NCBI GenBank assembly: GCA_016720835.1
Contig: JADKJW010000001.1
Location: 390,776 to 454,775, forward strand
Reading direction: 5' to 3'
Source of the DNA: Ignavibacteria bacterium
Lineage (GTDB): Bacteria; Bacteroidota; Ignavibacteria; SZUA-365
DNA: 64,000 bases
Part shown: in pieces, positions 10,901-19,894 of the stretch
How positions within the stretch are numbered: position 1 is the first letter of the stretch
Layout: the number at the start of each line of letters is the position of its first letter
Translations under genes and position numbers: made by a program
The notes under the pieces: model-generated
Database searches by the model: none
What the model was told of the DNA's origin: nothing
The model's input: the letters and a program-made list of their open reading frames with translations, nothing else

Positions 10901-11112
10901 CGGGCGAGGGGTACCGCCTGCCCGCGGGCGACATTCTTCGTCACGGCCTCGGCTACTTCGTGAAAGTGCGGAACGACGCGCTGTTCACGCTCATCTCATC
11001 CTTCACCGGGTCGCGCGAGCAGCTCGAAGATCTGCGCGCGCCGTCCTCATTGCCCGACGTGCTGGGGGGACCTCCCGCGGGGCCGGAGAGGGAAGTAGGG
11101 CATGGGAATTAG
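7957..11112 (+). CDS. large secreted LamG (concanavalin-A-like lectin) x2 / BACON / carboxypeptidase-regulatory-like protein with unassigned tandem C-terminal module
   Basis: Signal peptide MTPPRLCIVLVLAAAALHPTADAVAQ. There are two LamG_3-like blocks (...WVYPTSFSGYPTVVGND...RMDEVRIWS; ...LECWAFLAG...RLDEARIWS), a PNGGENW...VTWNS Ig-like domain and a BACON-like domain (ALAFTAVQNGALPSTKTLHIANTGGGALSWTA). A CarbopepD_reg-like segment follows, then the C-terminal GWNLLSLP...GYWIKF...GWNLIGG...GYFVKV module. It is paralogous to 57353..60202. Confidence 0.8.
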   Translation: MTPPRLCIVLVLAAAALHPTADAVAQYALVNQYAVFDGSSYLSVAYTPAFNSGLSQGAEFAIDAWVYPTSFSGYPTVVGNDYSSGFWLGFNLSGYLRFYPSGAGYYESSTAVPLNQWTHIAVSYTVGKATVRFFINGALDATITGVGVTIGMANGDLRIGADRNGNTPAYFFNGRMDEVRIWSSIVDFAAAPGELYRTPHEFAGGLHGKALLAAWRLNGDGVDSAYAQNASPVGTMAYGNASPPPHYTRMCAVFENDGNTGHDFFSVPSSASLSMTANYTLECWAFLAGNGASTSYQTFLSKGMSWSSSLQYWLGVNKQNGRLRFAPTGVFGTAIESADPLPVNQWVHVAATFSASGSNGTARLYVNGQPKGSASIPNSGTANAFPLFIATADQQALPATAYALAGRLDEARIWSVARSDAEIANTWRMELSGPVSGLSASYHFDGDVLDHSAGGNHGTNANSSSLGLYFRDASDLPSLPSLTLTAPNGGENWPIGSSRAVTWNSDGLGSVRLELSRDGGASYTETIAPSLSAPAGSHSWTVTGPEGALCSFRVSSATVPSLSDQSNADFAITQPPPVLAVAPNALAFTAVQNGALPSTKTLHIANTGGGALSWTASASSLWLSLTPGFGALNSDSTIVGIATTMLPAGTLHDTIVFSGNANNVPLRIPVSLDILATPHIDTDPASVQFNAQPGVNPPSKTVHVLNSGTGTLAWTAASTVPWLSVAPNAGGQGDSITLSVSVAALAPGTHTGGVTIAGNADNSPKVLLVQLVISTQAYYPVAGMARSGSTPLAGVRIDVAGDSVLSLLTGADGSFSIGGLRAGAYSVSASSPFYAFTPASYALSPLNAPRLDLVFDAGPKQGAAVVQYRKGWNLLSLPVDPDTRDITALFPDASTPALAYRYSQDSGYIAETQLHFGTGYWIKFSKTDSVSIVGSMRGDFRVPLTGGMGGWNLIGGASGAVPIAAIVQSPPGSLVTIYQFNPGEGYRLPAGDILRHGLGYFVKVRNDALFTLISSFTGSREQLEDLRAPSSLPDVLGGPPAGPEREVGHGN

Positions 11113-11210
11113 GGAGAATGGAGTAGGGAGTGGGGAGTAGGGAGAAACAATCACCTGCTGTGAGCGATACACCAATGCCCTGCTCAATTCCCTGATGCCG
11201 GAGGATACGC

Positions 11211-11438
11211 TCAGACCAGAACCTTCGCGAAGGCGAGCACGTGCCCGTCCGGATCGAGGCTGTAGGCGACGGCGTGGCCCCAGTCGCGCGATTGCAGGGG
11301 GCTGAGTTCCCGGGCCCCCGCCGCAAGGGCTCGTGCGTGCAGGGTTTTGGGATCGTCTGTCAGAAGGTATACTTCTGCCCGCGGTACGCCGTGCGCCCCC
11401 ATGCGGCAACATCCGTGCGCCGTGAATTCCCGATTCAA
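11211..11438 (-). CDS. VOC (glyoxalase/bleomycin-resistance) family C-terminal fragment
   Basis: The 75-aa ORF ends ...VYLLTDDPKTLHARALAAGARELSPLQSRDWGHAVAYSLDPDGHVLAFA, which is typical of a VOC C-terminal half. It is too short for a complete two-module VOC protein. Confidence 0.35.
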   Translation of the reverse strand: MNREFTAHGCCRMGAHGVPRAEVYLLTDDPKTLHARALAAGARELSPLQSRDWGHAVAYSLDPDGHVLAFAKVLV

Positions 11439-11530
11439 TGCATTGACGGATATATTGTTGATGCCGGATTTCGATATGGAATCGGGAACAGTTTCGGGGA
11501 TCGAGGTGTATAACGAGTGGAAGGATACCC

Positions 11531-12001
11531 ATGAAAGCCCTCATACAACGCGTCAGCCAGGCCAGTGTCACCGTCGATGGCTCCATTACCGGAGCCGTCG
11601 GTCCGGGCCTGCTCGTACTGCTCGGTGTGCGGGAGGGCGACGCGGACGAGGACGCGCGCTACCTCGCCTCGCGCGTTGCGGCGCTGCGCGTCTTCAACGA
11701 TGCGGAAGGCAGAATGAATCTTTCCGTGGTCGATACGGGCGGATCGGTGCTCGTGGTCTCGCAGTTCACCCTGCATGCGGACACGCGCAAGGGCAACAGG
11801 CCCAGTTACATTCTCGCCGCGGAGCCCGCGCTGGCAGAGCGGCTCTACGAGCTGTTCATCAGCGAACTCCGCGCGCTGCTGGGCGGGGATCGCGTGGCGA
11901 GCGGTGTGTTCCGGGCGATGATGCAGGTGGCGCTGGTCAACGACGGCCCCGTCACCGTCACGGTGCAGTCCAAATCCGAATACAAGGACGAACGCGCGTG
12001 A
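11531..12001 (+). CDS. dtd: D-aminoacyl-tRNA deacylase
   Basis: [17 protein letters not shown]...GLLVLLGV...SQFTL... This is a full-length match to the Dtd family pattern. Confidence 0.9.
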   Translation: MKALIQRVSQASVTVDGSITGAVGPGLLVLLGVREGDADEDARYLASRVAALRVFNDAEGRMNLSVVDTGGSVLVVSQFTLHADTRKGNRPSYILAAEPALAERLYELFISELRALLGGDRVASGVFRAMMQVALVNDGPVTVTVQSKSEYKDERA

Positions 12002-12942
12002 CGCCCTCCCGCGCGCAGGGCAGGCGCAGGGCGCTGCTCATCTTTCTCGACGGGCTCGGCATCGGCCGCGCGAAGCGGGATGTCAACCCGCTGTTCGACG
12101 CGCGGTTGCCCTTCCTGCGCGATGCGCTCGGCGGCGCGCTGCCGTCGCTCTCGCGGCGGCGCATCGACACTCCATACGCGCAGTGCCTGCCCGCCAACGC
12201 CACGCTCGGCGTCGCCGGGTTGCCGCAGAGCGGCACGGGGCAATCGACGCTGTACACGGGCATCAACACCGCGCGCATCATCCGCCAGCATTTCGGGCCG
12301 TACCTCTATTCGACGCTCAAGCCCGTGGTGACCGAGCACAGCCTCTTCGCGCAGGCGCTGCGCGCGGGCATCAGGCGGCGCGACATCGCGCTGGCCAACG
12401 CGTTTCCGCAGCGCTTCTTCGACTACCTCGCGGGGCCGCAGAAGCGCATGGTGGCGGGCATGTACGCGGCCATGCAGTCGCGCATCCTTTTCCGCGATGT
12501 CCGTCACCTGCAGGCCGGGACCGCCGTGTCAGCCGACATCACCGCCGCACGCTGGAAAGACATCGGCCATCCGGAAGCCCCGGTCGTCGCACCGTACGAG
12601 GCGGGACGCACACTCGCCGCCGTGACCGCACGGCACCGTCTCACCCTGTTCGAATACTTCGCCACCGACAAGGCCGGGCACGAGCGAAGCATGCCGATGG
12701 CGCGCCGCGTGCTGGAGGACATCGACGCCTTTCTCCGCGGCGTCATCGAACACAGCGACCCCGCCTCGACCCTCGTGCTCGTGACCAGCGATCACGGCAA
12801 CCTGGAGGACCTGTCCACCAAATCCCACACGCGCAATCCCGTGCCGGTGTTCCTTTTCGGTGCGGGCCGGCGCGAAGTCCATTACCGCATCCATTCGCTC
12901 GCGGACATCACCCCCGCCATTCTGTCCTACCTCGCGGGATAA
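11998..12942 (+). CDS. metalloenzyme-superfamily protein (cofactor-independent phosphoglycerate mutase / phosphopentomutase-like, alkaline phosphatase fold)
   Basis: The GTG start overlaps the dtd stop (GTGA). Features are [11 protein letters not shown] near the N-terminus and [30 protein letters not shown] near the C-terminus. The listed longer ORF 11347.. is an upstream in-frame extension that overlaps dtd. Confidence 0.65.
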   Translation: MTPSRAQGRRRALLIFLDGLGIGRAKRDVNPLFDARLPFLRDALGGALPSLSRRRIDTPYAQCLPANATLGVAGLPQSGTGQSTLYTGINTARIIRQHFGPYLYSTLKPVVTEHSLFAQALRAGIRRRDIALANAFPQRFFDYLAGPQKRMVAGMYAAMQSRILFRDVRHLQAGTAVSADITAARWKDIGHPEAPVVAPYEAGRTLAAVTARHRLTLFEYFATDKAGHERSMPMARRVLEDIDAFLRGVIEHSDPASTLVLVTSDHGNLEDLSTKSHTRNPVPVFLFGAGRREVHYRIHSLADITPAILSYLAG

Positions 12943-12964
12943 GTCGCGCTCTCGGGGAGGGAGC

Positions 12965-15393
12965 ATGAACCAGTCACTCGCACTCGTGCCGCGCCTGCCC
13001 GCGGTGAAAATCTTCTTCTTCCTCGCGCTCGGCATCATGTTGTCGGAGTACACGCGCGTCCCCGTATCCACCGCCCTGATCACTGCGGCGGCGGCGGCCC
13101 TGGCAGCCATACCGCTCGTGTATATCCGCACGGAGCATCCCGGCCCCAAACTGCTGCGCCTCGCGGCGTGCGCGCCGCTTCTGCTCTGCTCCGGCGTCCT
13201 GCTCGGCACCGCATCGCGCGAAGCTGCGGATACCTCGCTCCTGCCGCTCTCCGACACGAACGAGGCGCTGACCATGGAGGCCGTCGTCACATCGCGTCCG
13301 GTCGACAAACCCGGTCGCCGCTCCTTCGCGCTACGCGTGGAGAGCGTCGGCAGCGGCGATCAGAGGCGCATCGTGAACGCGCGCGCGCAGTGCGCCTGCT
13401 ACGACAGGAGAAGAGACGGCGGCGAGCCGCGCCTGGTGCTGCGCGAAGGCGACCGCGTGCAGCTTGCGGGAAAGATCGCCTCCGCGCGTCCAGTGCGGAA
13501 TCCCGGCGGCTACGACGCGCGCGCCGGATTGCGACGTCAGGGGATGACGGTGACCATATCCACCTCGGAGGAGAAACTCCGCGTGCTCGCGCGTGACAGC
13601 GCCTTCCACCTGCTTTCGACGCCGGTCGCCGCCGTGTGGCGCTTCGTGCGCGAGGCGGATCGGGCGTTGTTCGGGGCCTCGAGGGCGGCCATCATCGACG
13701 GACTGCTGCTCGGCGATCGCGGCATGATCGACGACGAGGTCAATACCGCCATGCGCGACGCGGGCGTGATACATGTCCTCTCCGTCTCCGGCCTGCACGT
13801 TGTCATCATCCTGAGCATGATCTGGATCCCTCTCGGTCGCGTGCCATTCCGGTATCGCGCGCCGATCGCACTGACATTGCTCTGGTTTTACGCGCTGCTC
13901 ACCGGCATGGAGGCGCCCGTTGCGCGGGCCGCCATCGCCGCGACGGTGGTCATTCTCGGCCAGGCGCTGCAGCGTTCGCCGCACACGCTCAATTCCATCG
14001 CGGCTGCCGGCGTGCTCATCCTCCTGTTCTCGCCGCAGGCGCTGTTCCAGCCGGGCTTCCAGCTGTCCTTCGCCGCGGCGGCCTCCGTGGTGCTCTTCAA
14101 TCCGCGCGTGGAGCACGGCCTGCTGTGGCTTCTGCCCATCGCACGCCGCGTGCCGGTGTTGACGCACGCGTTGTCGCTCGTCGCGATGACCATCTCCGCG
14201 CAAGCAGGCACGCTGCCGCTGCTGGCGGTGTATTTCGGACAAGTCAGTGTGGTATCGCTCGCCGCGAACCTGATCGTCGTGCCGCTCGTCTTCGTGGTGG
14301 TGGCCTGCGCCGTGGTCGGGGTGCTCCTCTCGCCGCTCAGCGTGGGCGCGGCGCTGCTGTACGCGGCGGTCTCCGACGCCGCATTGACGGTGATTGTCCG
14401 CAGTTCCGCCTTTCTCGCCTCGCTGCCCGGAGCCGTCGTGAACGTGCCGGGACTGTCCGCCTGGGAGATCGCGATCTACCTCACGGCGCTGTGCCTGCTG
14501 CTCGGCTGGCGCAGGCGCCTGCCGCAGCGTCTCGCGGTCACCGGCATGTTCTGCGCTGCATCCGCGCTGCTGCTGCCTCCTCTCCTCGATGCGGCGCCGA
14601 CGAAGCCCGTCCTGCGCGTCACCGCCCTGGACGTCGGGCAGGGGGACGCGATCCTGATCGAGACGCCGGCGGGCAAGCGCGTGCTGATCGACACCGGTCC
14701 CTCCTCCGGCGGTTTCGATGCGGGCGAGAAAATCATCGTGCCGTACCTGCGCATGCGCGGCATATCCACGCTGGATGCGCTCGTCTTCACGCATCCGGAC
14801 GACGACCACATCGGCGGCGCGGCCTCGGTGCTCGGCGCGGTGGACGCGCAGCGCGTGGTGTACGCGAACACCTGGAAACCCGGTCCCGTTGTGGCGGCGA
14901 CCGACAGCGCCATGCGCGCGGAAGGAGCGCAATTATCGGACGCGCATGTCGGCGATACGATCTCGATCGATCCCGCCGTGCGGCTCTACGTCCTCTCGGC
15001 CGGTGCGGTGCTTGGCGCGTCGACGGATGCGAACAACAGTTCCGTCATGCTGCTGTTGCGGTATGGCCACACGGCCCTGCTCCTGCCCGGAGACGCGGAG
15101 GCGGAAGTGGAGGAAGCCGTCGCCGCGCGCTTCGGCGACTTCCTGCGCTGTGATGTGCTCAAGGCGGGACATCACGGCAGCCGCACGAGCAGCGCGCCCG
15201 CATTCCTCGACGCCGCGCGCCCCGGCAGGTGCTCATCTCCTGCGGACGGAACAATCGCTTCGGCCATCCCAGACGCGAGATTCTCGCGCGCTACGCGGAG
15301 CGCGCGATCCTCGTGCACCGCACCGATATCGACGGCGCCATAGCTCTCGAGAGCGACGGGAACGCCATACGGCGGGTCGGGTGGCCGCGATGA
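12965..15393 (+). CDS. comEC: DNA internalization competence protein ComEC/Rec2 (with metallo-beta-lactamase domain); apparent frameshift near 15220
   Basis: Polytopic membrane region plus ALDVGQGDAILIETPAGKRVLIDTG, HPDDDHIGG and KAGHHGSRTSS. The canonical C-terminus VLISCGRNNRFGHPRREILARYAERAILVHRTDIDGAIALESDG is in a different frame from the main ORF (12860..15343), which switches around a CCCC run at 15220-15225. Confidence 0.75.
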
Positions 15394-15423
15394 GTATCCA
15401 GTGTTCGTCACAATCGGCTATAT

Positions 15424-16200
15424 TTGCGGGATGAATATGCAACGATTCCACCCGATACCGCGTCTCGCCGATGCATGCGACCGATGAGGGCTGACGCGCT
15501 CTCACCCCGCGCGCGCATCCTGACTGCAGCGGTCCTGCTTGCCGCGTCGATCGTCTTCTGGGACTCGATCGTGCTTGCGCCCGTGAAGCTCTTCGTCGTG
15601 CTCATGCACGAACTCTCGCACGGTCTCGCCGCGGTGCTGACGGGCGGCAGCATCGTGCGCATCGAGATCGATCCGCGCATCGGCGGCGCCTGCCTGACGC
15701 AGGGCGGCTGGTCCTTCGTCGTCGTCTCGAGCGGCTACATTGGCAGTCTGCTGCTCGGCGGCGCCATCCTCCTCGCCGCGCAGCGGGCGCGCTCCGCGGC
15801 GCTGCTCGCGGGCGCCATCGGCGTGGCGGTGCTCGTCGTGACGCTGCTCTTCGTGCGCAACGGTTTCGGACTGGCGTTCGGCGTCGCTTTCGGCGCGGCA
15901 ATGATCGCGATGGCGCGTTTCCTGCCGCCCGCGCTCGTCGAGACCGCCCTGCTCTACCTTGGCGGCATGTCGGCGCTGTACGCGGTGGTGGACGTGAAGG
16001 AGGATCTCCTCACGCTGCAGCCGCGCCTCACCGACGCCGCCATCATGGCGTCCATGACCGGCGTTCCAGCCATCGTGTGGGGGCTGCTGTGGAGCGCGTT
16101 GTCCCTCCTCCTGTTTCTCGTCATCATGCGCCAGGTCTGGCGGCGCAATCAGGCCGCTGAGAGCGGCCGCTCCACCACACACCCCGGGCAATCCGCATGA
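15424..16200 (+). CDS. M50B-like integral-membrane metallopeptidase (HELSH motif)
   Basis: Multi-pass membrane protein with LFVVLMHELSHGLAAVLTGG zinc motif. The start could be an internal Met. Confidence 0.65.
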   Translation: MRDEYATIPPDTASRRCMRPMRADALSPRARILTAAVLLAASIVFWDSIVLAPVKLFVVLMHELSHGLAAVLTGGSIVRIEIDPRIGGACLTQGGWSFVVVSSGYIGSLLLGGAILLAAQRARSAALLAGAIGVAVLVVTLLFVRNGFGLAFGVAFGAAMIAMARFLPPALVETALLYLGGMSALYAVVDVKEDLLTLQPRLTDAAIMASMTGVPAIVWGLLWSALSLLLFLVIMRQVWRRNQAAESGRSTTHPGQSA

Positions 16201-17624
16201 GTTCTCCCATCGTCGTCCGTTTTGCGCCCAGTCCCACGGGCTACCTCCACGTCGGCGGCGCGCGCACCGCCATCTTCAACTGGCTCTATGCGCGCAACCA
16301 GAACGGCCGCTTCCTGCTGCGCATCGAGGACACCGACCGCGCGCGCTCAAGCGACGCGATGACGCGCGAAATCCTCAACGGCCTCCGCTGGCTGGGGGTG
16401 GACTGGGACGACACGCCGTGGATACAGTCCGAACACCTCGAGCGCCATCGCGCCGAATGCCTGCGCCTGCACGACGAGGACAAGGCCTACTGGTGCTACT
16501 GCTCGGCGGACGACCTTGCCGCCAGGCGCGCCGGCGCGGAAAACCACGACACGAAGTACGACCGTCGCTGCCTGAACCTCGGCGACGCCGAACGCGCGGC
16601 GAAGGAGGCGGCGGGACTCCCGCGCGTGCTGCGCTTCCGCGTCCCGGAAGGCGTCACCGAATTCTACGACATCGTGCACGAGGAGACGGCCTTCCGCAAC
16701 GAGGAGATCGACGACTTCGTGATCCTCCGCTCGGACGGGTCGCCGGTGTACATGATCGCCGTCGTCGTGGACGATCACGACATGGGCGTCACCCAGGTCC
16801 TGCGCGGCGACGATCACCTCTCCAACACGCCGAAACAGATATTGTTGTATAACGCGCTCGGGTACTCGGTGCCGATGTTCGGGCACATGCCGCTCATCCT
16901 CGGCGAGGACAAGAAGCGCCTGTCGAAGCGCCATGGCGCCACTGCCGTCGGGGAATACCAGACGCGCGGCATCCTGCCCGAAACCCTGTTCAACTTCCTC
17001 GCCCTGCTGGGCTGGTCGCCCGGCGAGGACCGCGAGATCATGTCGCGCGACGAGATGGTGGACCTCTTCGACGCCCGCCGCCTGCTGAAGAAGAGCTCGG
17101 TGTTCGACGAAAAGAAACTCGCGTGGATGAACGGACAGCACATCCGCCTGCTCGGCGACGCGGAGCTGCTCGACCGGCTGCGTCCCTGGCGCCCCGCCGC
17201 GCGTGCCTCCGTCCCCGACGACTACCTTCTCCTGGTCCTCGCGCTGATGAAGGAGCGCATCGAACTGCTCGCGGACTTTTTCGAAAAGGCTGTATACTTT
17301 TTCGACGATCCGGCGCAGTACGACGCTGCCGGCGTCGCGAAACACTGGAAGCCCGAAACGTCCGCGCTGCTCCGCGCGCTCGCCGCACAATTCGCGTCCT
17401 GTCCCTTCGAAGCTCCCGCCCTGGAAGACCTCGTGCGCCGCAAGGCGGAGGAGGAATCCGTCTCCGCGGGCAAGCTCATTCACCCGCTGCGTCTCGCCCT
17501 CACCGGCGGCACGCAGTCGCCGAGCCTCTTCGACATGATGGTCGTGCTGGGCCGGGAGACCTGTGTAAGGCGGATAGAGACCGCCTTGAGAAGCAGGGAG
17601 TTGGGAGTTGGGAGTAATGAGTAA
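16197..17624 (+). CDS. gltX: glutamate--tRNA ligase
   Basis: VVRFAPSPTGYLHVGGARTAIFNWLYAR...LLRIEDTDRARS... plus the KLSKR region. Confidence 0.92.
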   Translation: MSSPIVVRFAPSPTGYLHVGGARTAIFNWLYARNQNGRFLLRIEDTDRARSSDAMTREILNGLRWLGVDWDDTPWIQSEHLERHRAECLRLHDEDKAYWCYCSADDLAARRAGAENHDTKYDRRCLNLGDAERAAKEAAGLPRVLRFRVPEGVTEFYDIVHEETAFRNEEIDDFVILRSDGSPVYMIAVVVDDHDMGVTQVLRGDDHLSNTPKQILLYNALGYSVPMFGHMPLILGEDKKRLSKRHGATAVGEYQTRGILPETLFNFLALLGWSPGEDREIMSRDEMVDLFDARRLLKKSSVFDEKKLAWMNGQHIRLLGDAELLDRLRPWRPAARASVPDDYLLLVLALMKERIELLADFFEKAVYFFDDPAQYDAAGVAKHWKPETSALLRALAAQFASCPFEAPALEDLVRRKAEEESVSAGKLIHPLRLALTGGTQSPSLFDMMVVLGRETCVRRIETALRSRELGVGSNE

Positions 17625-17662
17625 GACAATCTACTCCCAACTCCCTACTCCCTACTGCTTTT
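17596..17662. terminator. hairpin shared by convergent gltX/glnS 3' ends (perfect 13-bp stem GGGAGTTGGGAGT / ACTCCCAACTCCC, extendable to about 20 bp, followed by CTTTT on + strand)
   Basis: Inverted repeat read directly. The gltX stop codon lies in the loop and the right arm sits immediately 3' of the glnS stop. Confidence 0.5.
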
Positions 17663-19343
17663 CAGTCTTCTGCCACGTATCCTTCAGCCCCACGGTTTTG
17701 TTGAACACCAGCGCGCCGGGGGCGCTGTCGGGGTCGACGCAGAAGTAGCCGAGGCGCTCGAACTGGTAACGCTCGCCCGCCTTCGCTGAAGCCAGCGAGG
17801 GTTCGAGCCTGCAGTCGGTCAGCGCCTCGAGCGAATGCGGGTTGAGATGCGTGGTGTAATCGAGCCCTTCCGGCGCGACGTCGGGATTCTCCACGGTGAA
17901 GAGGCGGTCGTAGAGTCGCACTTCGGCGTTCACCCCGTGCGTGGCGCTCACCCAGTGGATGGTGCCCTTCACGCGGCGGTCGGCCTGCGCGCCGCCGATG
18001 CCGGTCTCGGGATCGTAGCTGCAGCGCAGCTCGACCACCGCGCCGTCCGCATCCTTCACGACCTCGTCGCAGCGGATGATGTACGCGTAGCGGAGCCGCA
18101 CTTCAGCGCCGGGCGCGAGACGGTGGAATTTCTTGACGGGCTCGAGCATGAAGTCGTCGCGCTCCACCAGCAGCTCGCGCGTGAAGGCGATTTTCCGCGT
18201 GCCCATCGACGCGTCCTCGGGATTGTTGACGGCGTCGATCTCCTCGACGCGATCGGCGGGAAAATTCTCGATGACGATGCGCAGCGGGCGCAGCACGGCC
18301 ATGCGGCGCGCGGCGCGGCGGTTGAGGTCCTCGCGCACGCTGTGCTCGAGCACGCCCACGTCGATCACGTTGTCGCGCTTCGCGACGCCGATGCGGTCGG
18401 CGAAGGCGCGGATGGATTCGGGCGTGAAACCGCGGCGTCGCAACCCGCAGATGGTGGGCATGCGCGGATCGTCCCAGCCGTTCACGCGGCCGGTCCGGAC
18501 CAGCTCGAGCAGCTTGCGCTTGCTCATCACGGTGTAGCTGAGGTTGAGGCGCGCGAACTCGATCTGCTGCGGATGGAAGACGCCGAGCTGCTCGATGAAC
18601 CAGTCGTACAGCGGACGGTGCACCTCGAATTCCAGCGTGCAGATGGAGTGCGTGATGCCCTCGAGCGAGTCCGACAGCCCGTGCGCGAAATCGTACATCG
18701 GATAAATGCACCACGCGTCGCCCGTGCGGTGATGGTGCGCGTGCATGATGCGGTAGATGATGGGATCGCGCAGGTGCATGTTGGGCGAGGCCATGTCGAT
18801 CTTCGCGCGCAGCGTGCGCGTGCCGTCGGGGAATTCCCCGGCGCGCATCCGCGCGAAGAGATCGAGATTCTCGTCGACGGGCCTGTTGCGGTACGGGCTC
18901 TCGGTGCCCGGCCGCGTGGGCGTGCCGCGATGCGCGGCGATGTCGTCGGCGCTCAGGTCGCACACGAAGGCGCTGCCCTTCCGGATCAGCTCAACGGCGT
19001 AGGCGTAGATCTGTTCGAAGTAGTCCGACGCGAAGAACATGCGCTCGTCCCAGGAGAAGCCGAGCCAGCGCACGTCCTCCTGAATGGAGTCGACGTACTC
19101 GACGTCCTCCTTCGTGGGATTCGTGTCGTCGAAGCGCAGGTTGCAGAGTCCGCCGTACTTCGCGGCCGTACCGAAGTTCAGGCAGATGGACTTCGCATGC
19201 CCGATGTGCAGATACCCGTTGGGTTCCGGCGGGAAGCGCGTGTGCACGCGGCCGCCGAAGCGGTCCGTGCGCTTGTGCTCGGCGATGATGTCGTCGATGA
19301 AGTTCGTTGCCGCGGGCGCGGTGGGTGTTGTCGCGTCGTTCAT
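17652..19343 (-). CDS. glnS: glutamine--tRNA ligase
   Basis: FIDDIIAEH...[27 protein letters not shown]...LRFDDTNP. Start taken at internal MNDATTPT. Confidence 0.9.
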   Translation of the reverse strand: MNDATTPTAPAATNFIDDIIAEHKRTDRFGGRVHTRFPPEPNGYLHIGHAKSICLNFGTAAKYGGLCNLRFDDTNPTKEDVEYVDSIQEDVRWLGFSWDERMFFASDYFEQIYAYAVELIRKGSAFVCDLSADDIAAHRGTPTRPGTESPYRNRPVDENLDLFARMRAGEFPDGTRTLRAKIDMASPNMHLRDPIIYRIMHAHHHRTGDAWCIYPMYDFAHGLSDSLEGITHSICTLEFEVHRPLYDWFIEQLGVFHPQQIEFARLNLSYTVMSKRKLLELVRTGRVNGWDDPRMPTICGLRRRGFTPESIRAFADRIGVAKRDNVIDVGVLEHSVREDLNRRAARRMAVLRPLRIVIENFPADRVEEIDAVNNPEDASMGTRKIAFTRELLVERDDFMLEPVKKFHRLAPGAEVRLRYAYIIRCDEVVKDADGAVVELRCSYDPETGIGGAQADRRVKGTIHWVSATHGVNAEVRLYDRLFTVENPDVAPEGLDYTTHLNPHSLEALTDCRLEPSLASAKAGERYQFERLGYFCVDPDSAPGALVFNKTVGLKDTWQKTEKQ

Positions 19344-19525
19344 GGGAATCCCGATGTGATACCTCGTTGCTCGCCAATACAAGAACGCCGCCAGCATCGG
19401 ACGGCGTAGACTCTCAATCTAACGAAATCCCGCCGTTGGGCAATGAGCATGGAGTATCACGAAGATGCAATGACAACACCCAGTCCCCTCTTGCCTCCCG
19501 CCCCCGCAACCGCTAGCTTGCAGGC

Positions 19526-19894
19526 ATGGAAAAACGCCACCTCATCCGCCTGCACAACGCCGTCTTCTACGCCTATCACGGAAACCACCACGAGGAGCGC
19601 CGCCTCGGAGGAAAATTCTATGTGGATGTGGACATGGAGACGGACTTCACCGAAGCGGCGGAGAACGACACCCTCGCGAAGACGGTGAACTACGCCGACG
19701 TCTACGATTTCATCCAGGACATCGTGACCAGCTCGAAGGTCAACCTCATCGAAACGATCGCGAAGCGCATCGCCGACAAGATCCTTCTCGACTTCCCGAT
19801 CGTCACCGGCGTGAGCGTCCGCGTGCGCAAACCCGGCGCGCCGATCAAGGGCGTGATCGACTACGTGGAAGTGCAGGTCGATGAGCGGCGCTGA
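19526..19894 (+). CDS. folB: dihydroneopterin aldolase
   Basis: IRLHNAVFYAYHGNHHEERRLGGKFYVDVDM...VNYADVYDFIQ. Confidence 0.85.
   Translation: MEKRHLIRLHNAVFYAYHGNHHEERRLGGKFYVDVDMETDFTEAAENDTLAKTVNYADVYDFIQDIVTSSKVNLIETIAKRIADKILLDFPIVTGVSVRVRKPGAPIKGVIDYVEVQVDERR

Noticed and set aside
7744-10944. 1066-aa ORF antisense to the LamG gene; similar long antisense ORFs at 57845..60271, 5123..6313, 6530..7681, 13331..14932, 46163..48583, 46191..47600, 42312..43529, 33320..35536, 20159..21001, 21016..22392
   Set aside because: Their translations are Arg/His/Gly-rich low-complexity sequences, which is typical of the reverse strand of high-GC genes. The opposite-strand ORFs have clear family-level signatures, so these are GC-driven artefacts
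11347-12942. 531-aa ORF spanning dtd and the metalloenzyme gene
   Set aside because: The N-terminal 217 aa overlap dtd in another frame and have no family signature. The real gene starts at a GTG overlapping the dtd stop (11998)
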